NCBI RefSeq assembly: GCF_002216855.1
Contig: NZ_CP022355.1
Span: 1,072,695-1,096,694, forward strand
Origin: Paraphotobacterium marinum
GTDB lineage: Bacteria > Pseudomonadota > Gammaproteobacteria > Enterobacterales > Vibrionaceae
Reading direction: 5' to 3'
DNA: 24,000 nucleotides
Both the position numbers and the translations under genes were made by a program. This document shows, piece after piece, positions 18,019 through 24,000 of this stretch. Each line of letters starts with the position of its first letter. Position 1 is the stretch's first letter. Below the pieces are notes generated by a model. The model saw only the letters and a program-made list of their open reading frames with translations, was not told where the DNA came from and made no database searches.

Positions 18019-18545
18019 ATGAAAAGAATAGATCTAGATGAAGATTTGTATAACTATATAGCAAGTCAAACAAAGAGAATTGGGGAAAGTGCTTCAGATA
18101 TTCTTCGCAGATTACTGAACTTTGAGAAATTAACAGAAGACGTCTCTAATGTTGAAGTCATTAGTAAATTAGCATCATCTGAAAATCATATAAAAAAGTT
18201 TCATAGAGATGAAGCTTTATTAAATAATTTAGAGTTTCTAAGAAATAGCTCTACAATAAAAAAATAACCGATAAATTTATGATCATCTTGTCTCAACTGT
18301 ATTTAGTTGATTCTCAAAGGTTTAAAAATGTGGAAGTAAGGGGAAGAAGTAGATTATATTTGTCACCATCAAAAGAGCTTTTAATTAAGAGTGGCACTAA
18401 TACTCGTCCTAAACAAATTCCAAGAACTTCATTTTGGATTATCACTAATACTAACACTGAAAGAAAAAAACAAATTATTGAAGATGTAATGCAACAGATG
18501 GATTTTAAGAAACTGACTATTGAATCAGTTATCCAAATAATATAG
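18019..18545 (+). pseudogene. seqA: seqA (replication-origin sequestration protein) interrupted by a single-base frameshift in an A7 tract
   Basis: ORF 18019..18267 encodes the SeqA N-terminal domain ([27 protein letters not shown]). The frame of ORF 18279..18545 is open from 18249. It reads [22 protein letters not shown]...FWIITNTNTERKK, which is the SeqA C-terminal DNA-binding domain. The two frames are joined by a -1 shift at 18258..18264. Confidence 0.9.
18258..18264 (+). other. In-phase A_AAA_AAA -1 slippery heptamer followed directly by TAA, at the seqA frame break
   Basis: The zero frame reads AT[A AAA AAA] TAA. The -1 frame continues ATA ACC GAT AAA TTT ATG (ITDKFM), restoring SeqA homology. 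Confidence 0.6.
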
Positions 18546-18561
18546 GAGCATACTTGTTACA

Positions 18562-20202
18562 ATGAAAACTCATCCAAGAGCTGGCCTCAAAGCAATAGAA
18601 AGTGATTTGATTGATTGTAAAAAGCTTGAAAATGCATATTACAATAAAAAACCATTAAAAGATGAAAAAGACACTTATGTTTCATTTGGAACTTCTGGAC
18701 ATAGAGGGTCATCTTTGAAAAGTTCTTTTAATGAACTTCATATTTTTGCGATTACATTAGCTATCATTGATTTTAGAAAAAAAAATGAAATAAATGGCCC
18801 AATTTTTGTTGGTATGGATACCCATCTTTTATCAAAGCTTGCAATGCAAAGTGTCTTGCAGGTTTTATCATTTCATGGAATTAAAACTTTAACATCGGAG
18901 AAAGAATTTGTCCCAACTCCAGCATTATCCTTTGCTATTCTAAAACATAATAGAACGAATAGTCAGGATAACTTGTCAGATGGTATTATAATAACACCAT
19001 CTCACAACCCTCCAGAAGATGGAGGTATAAAGTATAATTTTACTCATGGCGGGCCATCAGAAGAAAGTATAACGAAATTTATAGAAAATAGAGCTAATGA
19101 AATTTTGTTTTCGGGATTAGTTAATTTTAATGAATTTAGAAGTCAATCATATTTAATGTCTGACTCTATTTCTGAATATGATTTCTTAACGCCATATGTA
19201 AGTGATTTAAGTAATGTTATTAACTTTGAAAAAATTAAAGCTTCAAATCTAAAAATTGCTGTTGACCCAATGGGGGGAGCTGGACTGAAATACTGGCAAA
19301 AAATTTCTGATTTTTACGATTTAAATATTGATATTATAAATAAGAAAATAGATCCACAGTTTAGTTTTATGACTCTTGATAAGGACGGAGTCATTAGAAT
19401 GGATTGTTCATCCGAGTATGCTATGAATAGTCTCTTAGAACATTGCGAGGATTATGATTTGTTGCTTGGGAATGATCCTGATTTTGACCGTCATGGTGTC
19501 GCGACAAAAGCAGGACTTATGAAACCCAATCATTTTCTATCAGTTTGTATCGACTATTTATTTAAAACAAGAACTGAATGGAATAAAATTTCTCAAAATG
19601 TTGGAAAAACACTGGTATCAAGCTTAATGGTCGATAGAGTTGCAAAATCAAATAAGCTCACTGTTTATGAAGTACCTGTTGGTTTCAAATGGTTTGTTAA
19701 AGGTTTACTGAACCATGAAATAGGTTTTGCTGGAGAGGAAAGTGCAGGAGCTTCTTTTCTTAGGTTAGATGGTAAAACATGGACAACTGATAAGGATGGG
19801 ATTATTTTGTGTTTGCTTGCGGCCGAGATTATGGCGGTTGAAGGTATATCTCCTCAGACTTACTATAATAGTTTAGAAAAGAAATTAGGTAAATCCTATT
19901 ATACACGAATACATTTAACAGCTAATAAAAAACAAAAAGACAAACTATTAAACTTTTTAGAATCCAATTTTAAGCATAAATTTCTTGCTGAAGAAAAAAT
20001 TACACAAGTGCTCACATGCGCGCCTGGAAATAATGAAAAAATTGGCGGGATAAAAATTGAAACCGACAATGGATGGTTTGTCGCAAGACCTTCAGGAACT
20101 GAAGATTTTTTGAAGGTCTACTGTGAAAGCTTCATTAGTGAAGACCATTTACAAAAAATTATAAAGGGAGCTGAAAAAATCATCTACGAAATAATGCATT
20201 AA
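18562..20202 (+). CDS. pgm: Phosphoglucomutase
   Basis: FGTSGHRGS carries the active-site Ser. ITPSHNPPEDGGIKYN, GNDPDFDRHG, GEESAGASF, and ARPSGTED follow. It has the same length as E. coli Pgm (546 aa). It contains an intact in-frame A9 tract at 18777..18785. Confidence 0.97.
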   Translation: MKTHPRAGLKAIESDLIDCKKLENAYYNKKPLKDEKDTYVSFGTSGHRGSSLKSSFNELHIFAITLAIIDFRKKNEINGPIFVGMDTHLLSKLAMQSVLQVLSFHGIKTLTSEKEFVPTPALSFAILKHNRTNSQDNLSDGIIITPSHNPPEDGGIKYNFTHGGPSEESITKFIENRANEILFSGLVNFNEFRSQSYLMSDSISEYDFLTPYVSDLSNVINFEKIKASNLKIAVDPMGGAGLKYWQKISDFYDLNIDIINKKIDPQFSFMTLDKDGVIRMDCSSEYAMNSLLEHCEDYDLLLGNDPDFDRHGVATKAGLMKPNHFLSVCIDYLFKTRTEWNKISQNVGKTLVSSLMVDRVAKSNKLTVYEVPVGFKWFVKGLLNHEIGFAGEESAGASFLRLDGKTWTTDKDGIILCLLAAEIMAVEGISPQTYYNSLEKKLGKSYYTRIHLTANKKQKDKLLNFLESNFKHKFLAEEKITQVLTCAPGNNEKIGGIKIETDNGWFVARPSGTEDFLKVYCESFISEDHLQKIIKGAEKIIYEIMH

Positions 20203-20244
20203 ATTTGAGTGGATATTAATTAAGTTTATTGAAAGAGGACTGTT

Positions 20245-20997
20245 GTGAACAATTTTAATCTCGAAAAAATTTTAAATGAGTTTTTGGATATTAAAAATAT
20301 TAAAGATTATTGCCCAAATGGGCTTCAAGTTCAGGGTAGAAGTGATATTAAAAATATTATTTTAGGCGTAACTGCATGTGAAGATTTAATTGATGTTGCA
20401 ATTCGAGAAAAGGCAGATGCGTTAATAGTTCATCATGGATATTTTTGGAAGAATGAATCAAGCGTTATAACCAAAATGAAATATCACAGAATATCTAAAC
20501 TTATTAAAAATGATATAAATTTATTTGCTTATCATTTACCCTTAGATATATCAAAACATGTTGGTAATAATGTTGAGTTTGCAAAGTCCTTGAATTTGAT
20601 TATTAATGGGCCCTTACCTGACAATAATGTTATTTTATCGGCTTGCACAGAAACTCCTGAAAATATCGAGCAATTTGTCAAGCGTTTAAACTTTTTATTA
20701 GACAGAGATGCTTTATTGATTAGCCCAGATAATAAATCAAAACAAATAAGTAAGGTAGCAATATGTACTGGAGGTGGTCAGGACTTTATAGATTTAGCAG
20801 CTGATAATGAATTTGATCTGTTCATTTCAGGAGAAATTTCAGAAAGAACTTATCATATAGCAAAAGAAAGAAACATTTATTATTGCGCCGCTGGGCATCA
20901 CGCAACCGAAACCTTTGGTGTTAACAGCCTATCAACCTGGCTTCAATCTAATTTGAAGTTAAATGCTAAGTTTGTAGATATAAAAAATCCTGTTTAA
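20245..20997 (+). CDS. ybgI: NIF3-family metal-binding protein YbgI (GTP cyclohydrolase 1 type 2 homologue)
   Basis: It has a GTG start. DYCPNGLQVQG, ALIVHHGYFWK, YHLPLD, and AGHHATE are present. It is collinear with E. coli YbgI. Confidence 0.93.
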   Translation: MNNFNLEKILNEFLDIKNIKDYCPNGLQVQGRSDIKNIILGVTACEDLIDVAIREKADALIVHHGYFWKNESSVITKMKYHRISKLIKNDINLFAYHLPLDISKHVGNNVEFAKSLNLIINGPLPDNNVILSACTETPENIEQFVKRLNFLLDRDALLISPDNKSKQISKVAICTGGGQDFIDLAADNEFDLFISGEISERTYHIAKERNIYYCAAGHHATETFGVNSLSTWLQSNLKLNAKFVDIKNPV

Positions 20998-21009
20998 AAC
21001 AGGATTTTT
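20983..21009. terminator. Bidirectional intrinsic terminator between the convergent ybgI and gltA genes
   Basis: aaaaatcctgtt (20983..20994), loop taa (the ybgI stop codon), aacaggattttt (20998..21009). The arms are perfectly complementary, with A/T runs on both sides. Confidence 0.75.
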
Positions 21010-21018
21010 AAACTCAAA

Positions 21019-22307
21019 TTATTCCCTTTCATGTATTGGACTAAAATCTCTTTTTGATTCCCCGGTGTATAACTGTCTTGGACGACCAATTCTAAATAGA
21101 GGATCTTTGTGCATTTCAAGCCAATGAGAAATCCAACCAACAGTTCTAGCAACTGCAAAAATAACTGTAAACATCGAAGTGGGAATTCCTATTGCCTTTA
21201 GTATTATTCCAGAATAAAAGTCCACATTAGGATATAATTTTTTCTCAATGAAATATTCGTCTGATAATGCAATTTTTTCAAGCTCCATTGCAACATCCAA
21301 CAAAGGATCTTTAATGTTGAGTTCTTTAAGAACGTTATGACAAGTTTCCCTCATTACTGTAGCTCTTGGATCGTAATTTTTGTAGACTCGGTGACCAAAG
21401 CCCATTAATCTAAATGGATCATTTTTGTCTTTAGCTTTGTCGACATACTCTTTTATATTTTCAACACTACCTATTTGCTCAAGCATTTTTAAGCAAGCTT
21501 CATTAGCACCACCGTGTGCAGGTCCCCAAAGCGATGCTATTCCTGCAGCAATACATGCAAAAGGGTTTGCTCCAGATGAACCAGCAAGTCTAACAGTTGT
21601 CGTTGAAGCATTTTGCTCATGATCAGCATGAAGAGTAAAGATAACATCCATCGCTTTTGCAACAGTAGGGTTGACTTCATATTTTTCACATGGTGTGGCG
21701 AACATCATATGAAGAAAATTTTCTGCATAACCAAGGTCATTTTGTGGGAACATAAAAGGTTGACCATTTGTATATTTGAAACACATTGCAGCGAGGGTTG
21801 GCATTTTTGCTACTAATCGAAATGCTGCTACCTCTCTATGTTTCTCATTGGATACATCTAGTGAATCGTGATAAAAAGCTGATAATGCACCTACTACTCC
21901 ACACATTATAGCCATGGGGTGTGCGTCTCTTCTAAAACCTTGAAAAAAGAAGCGATCTGCTGATGTACCATAGTATGTCTAGTAATTGTATTTTTAAAAG
22001 ACTCATACTCTTCCTTGGAAGGAGCCTGCCCATATATAAGGATATAACAAACTTCTAAATAATTTGCTTTCTTCGCAAGTTCATCGATTGGATATCCTCG
22101 GTGAAGAAGAATTCCTTTGTTGCCATCAATATAAGTGATTTTTGATTCACAAGATGCTGTAGATAGGAAACCAGGATCATATGTATAAATTCCATTTTTT
22201 CCTAGGCTTTGAATATCAATAACTTTATATCCATATGTACCTTCTAAAACAGGAAATTCTCCAAGTGTTTCATCATTACAATTAAAGTTTACTAATTTAT
22301 TGGTCAT
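21019..22307 (-). pseudogene. gltA: gltA (type II citrate synthase) interrupted by a single-base frameshift in a T6 tract (coding strand)
   Basis: ORF 21906..22307 is the GltA N-terminus ([31 protein letters not shown]...[12 protein letters not shown]). The ORF 21019..21915 frame, extended upstream, reads [26 protein letters not shown]...[10 protein letters not shown]...[14 protein letters not shown]. Both parts align residue for residue with E. coli GltA. The frames switch at 21942..21948. Confidence 0.9.
21942..21948 (-). other. In-phase U_UUU_UUC -1 slippery heptamer at the gltA frame break
   Basis: The coding strand reads GCT TC[T TTT TTC] AAG GTT TTA in the zero frame, with the stop 12 codons later. 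The -1 frame reads TTT TTT CAA GGT TTT AGA AGA GAC, giving FFQGFRRD against E. coli LFHAFRRD. Confidence 0.6.
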
Positions 22308-22392
22308 TTGACTTCCTTAGTGACAAAAATTATGAATTTGTTAATGTTAACCATATTAAACTAAGTTACACCAATGATGTAACAATCATTTT

Positions 22393-22448
22393 TGATAAAT
22401 GAGATATCATTTATTTTAAGCATTATAAATGATAAATAAGATATTATT
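22393..22448. repeat. Two copies of a 19-nt AT-rich motif in the gltA-sdhC divergent control region; the first copy contains a dyad
   Basis: tgataaatgagatatcatt (22393..22411) and tgataaataagatattatt (22430..22448) match at 17 of 19 positions. Copy 1 contains ataaatga-gata-tcatttat, a dyad with 8-bp arms. The function is unknown. Confidence 0.4.
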
Positions 22449-22657
22449 TTTTATATTTATTATTTCAAAAATAAAGATTATAATTTTTTCAGGAATATTT
22501 AAAGCATTTGTGCCATAAACAAGGCTAATTAATTCATTTATTCTTTTTTTGGGTATTAGATCACATTAGCTAGTCTTATTATTCAAATAAATGGCTTTTA
22601 ACGCTAACATATGTTCCGCCAATAAATATATTCTAATAATACAAACGGAGATAAATT

Positions 22658-23038
22658 GTGAAAAGTCAAAAGGTTCGTCCGACTAATCTTGATTTGACGA
22701 CTATCAAACAGCCAGTTTCGGCCATTGCTTCAATTCTTCATAGAATTTCTGGTGTCATTAACTTTATTCTTGTAGGGTTTTTGCTTATTTTGCTAGATTT
22801 CTCTTTACAATCCTCAAACAACTATCAGTCGATTGTTTCATTTTTACATAATTATTTTGTAATTTTTATTATGTGGGGATTCTTAACAGCTCTAACTTAT
22901 CATCTATTTGCCGGCATTAGACACATGCTCATGGATTTAGGGTATTTTGAAGAAATAGCCTCAGGTAGAAAAAGTGCCATAGTAGTTATGATTATAACAA
23001 TTATTTTTTCTCTAATCATTTTGGGAGCTTTAGTATGA
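22658..23038 (+). CDS. sdhC: Succinate dehydrogenase cytochrome b556 subunit
   Basis: It has a GTG start with a GGAG RBS at 22645..22648. RPTNLDLTTIKQPVSAIASILHRISGV and YHLFAGIRHMLMDLGY are present. It is collinear with E. coli SdhC. Confidence 0.93.
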   Translation: MKSQKVRPTNLDLTTIKQPVSAIASILHRISGVINFILVGFLLILLDFSLQSSNNYQSIVSFLHNYFVIFIMWGFLTALTYHLFAGIRHMLMDLGYFEEIASGRKSAIVVMIITIIFSLIILGALV

Positions 23039-23382
23039 TTAAGCAAGCATCTTCATTTGGACGAAATGGTGTGCAAGACTATGTATTCACACGTGCAACT
23101 GCAGTCATCATTGTATTATATGTCTTGTGGATTGTAGGGTTTATGTTATTTAAATCAGATGGTTCCTTTATTCAGTGGAAAAGTTTTTTTGAAAGTAATT
23201 TTAATAAAGTGTTTACGATTATCACCTTAATATCAATTCTTATTCATGCTTGGATTGGGCTTTGGCAAGTTTTTACAGATTATGTCAAAAACACCTTATT
23301 GAGGGCAATTTTACAATTTTTTGTTGTAACAATTCTATTAATTTACGTGATTTATGGTTTTTTTATTTTGTGGGGAGCTTAA
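23035..23382 (+). CDS. sdhD: Succinate dehydrogenase hydrophobic membrane anchor subunit
   Basis: It overlaps sdhC by ATGA. GVQDYVFTRATAVII and HAWIGLWQVFTDY are present, with three TM segments. It aligns with E. coli SdhD. Confidence 0.92.
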   Translation: MIKQASSFGRNGVQDYVFTRATAVIIVLYVLWIVGFMLFKSDGSFIQWKSFFESNFNKVFTIITLISILIHAWIGLWQVFTDYVKNTLLRAILQFFVVTILLIYVIYGFFILWGA

Positions 23383-24000
23383 ATGAATATTCCAGTAAGA
23401 GAGTTTGACGCTATAGTTATTGGTGCTGGTGGAGCTGGGATGAGAGCAGCTCTTCAAATTTCTGAACAAGGTTTGTCTTGTGCACTATTGTCAAAGGTAT
23501 TTCCAACGCGTTCGCATACAGTTTCGGCTCAAGGAGGGATAACGGTTGCATTGGGTAATTCGCACAAAGATGATTGGCAGTGGCATATGTATGATACAGT
23601 CAAAGGTTCTGATTATATTGGTGACCAAGCTGCAATTGAATATATGTGTCATCAAGGACCAAAATCTGTAGTAGAGCTTGAAAAAATGGGTCTTCCTTTT
23701 TCAAGGTTTGATAATGGAACTATATACCAAAGACCGTTTGGTGGTCAATCTAAAGAGTTTGGTGGTGAGCAAGCAGCTCGTACAGCTGCCTGTGCTGATA
23801 GAACGGGCCATGCGTTACTTCATACACTTTATCAACAAAACATAAAACATAAGACAACAATTTTTTCTGAATGGTACGCTTTAGATTTGGTAAAAAATCA
23901 AGATGGTGTTGTCGTTGGTGCAACAGCAATTTGTATAGAAACAGGCGAAGTTAATTATTTTAAAGCTAAAGCTACAGTATTAGCCACTGGCGGTGCTGGA
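23383..24000 (+). CDS. sdhA: Succinate dehydrogenase flavoprotein subunit, 3-prime end cut by the window edge
   Basis: It is absent from the ORF track because it has no stop codon inside the window. My translation from the ATG at 23383, directly after the sdhD TAA, is [53 protein letters not shown]...[13 protein letters not shown]...[10 protein letters not shown]. This nearly matches E. coli SdhA, including the FAD-binding GAGGAG and the His of the SHT motif. It is open through nt 24000 (206 codons). Confidence 0.95.
   Translation, partial: MNIPVREFDAIVIGAGGAGMRAALQISEQGLSCALLSKVFPTRSHTVSAQGGITVALGNSHKDDWQWHMYDTVKGSDYIGDQAAIEYMCHQGPKSVVELEKMGLPFSRFDNGTIYQRPFGGQSKEFGGEQAARTAACADRTGHALLHTLYQQNIKHKTTIFSEWYALDLVKNQDGVVVGATAICIETGEVNYFKAKATVLATGGAG

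Noticed and set aside
18279-18545. Reading the seqA halves as a deliberate domain fission into two independent genes
   Set aside because: No SD precedes the ATG at 18279. SeqA homology in that frame starts about 10 codons upstream of the ATG, so a stand-alone product would lack the first helix of the DNA-binding domain. A frameshift explains the data better.
22339-22351. ArcA-like TGTTAATGTTAAC near the gltA start
   Set aside because: The two GTTAA repeats are about 6 bp apart rather than the roughly 11-bp phasing of ArcA direct repeats. This is likely compositional.

Overview
This is a very AT-rich, gene-dense chromosomal segment. Gene content and order follow the Escherichia coli K-12 map: dnaX-ybaB-recR-htpG-adk-hemH-gsk | asnB-nagA-nagB <> nagE-[mpg]-glnS | fur-fldA-ybfF <> seqA-pgm-ybgI | gltA <> sdhC-sdhD-sdhA. 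Most genes that lie between these blocks in E. coli are absent. That pattern fits a reduced-genome Enterobacterales chromosome, possibly an insect-symbiont type; the organism is not identified. It is core genome, not an accessory island. I found no rRNA or tRNA genes, CRISPR arrays, IS elements, transposases, integrases, phage genes, or toxin or defence genes. I do not think the window holds a novel multi-gene system. The unusual signal is at the recoding level. Two otherwise well conserved housekeeping genes, seqA and gltA, are each broken by one missing base inside a homopolymer. In both, the homopolymer is in phase as a canonical X_XXY_YYZ -1 slippery heptamer: A_AAA_AAA directly followed by TAA in seqA, and U_UUU_UUC in gltA. 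dnaX carries an in-phase A11 tract at the tau/gamma position, and its -1 frame reads AGA then TAA. These could be sequencing errors, fresh pseudogenes, or genes rescued by transcriptional or ribosomal slippage; sequence alone cannot decide. Secondary observations: (1) a divergent Mpg-family glycosylase sits between nagE and glnS; (2) NagE lacks its EIIA domain and has an extra loop of about 50 aa; (3) nagC and nagD are absent; (4) a 68-codon two-TM ORF fills the ybfF-fldA spacer; (5) htpG has a clear sigma-32-type promoter; (6) several hairpins and repeats are present.
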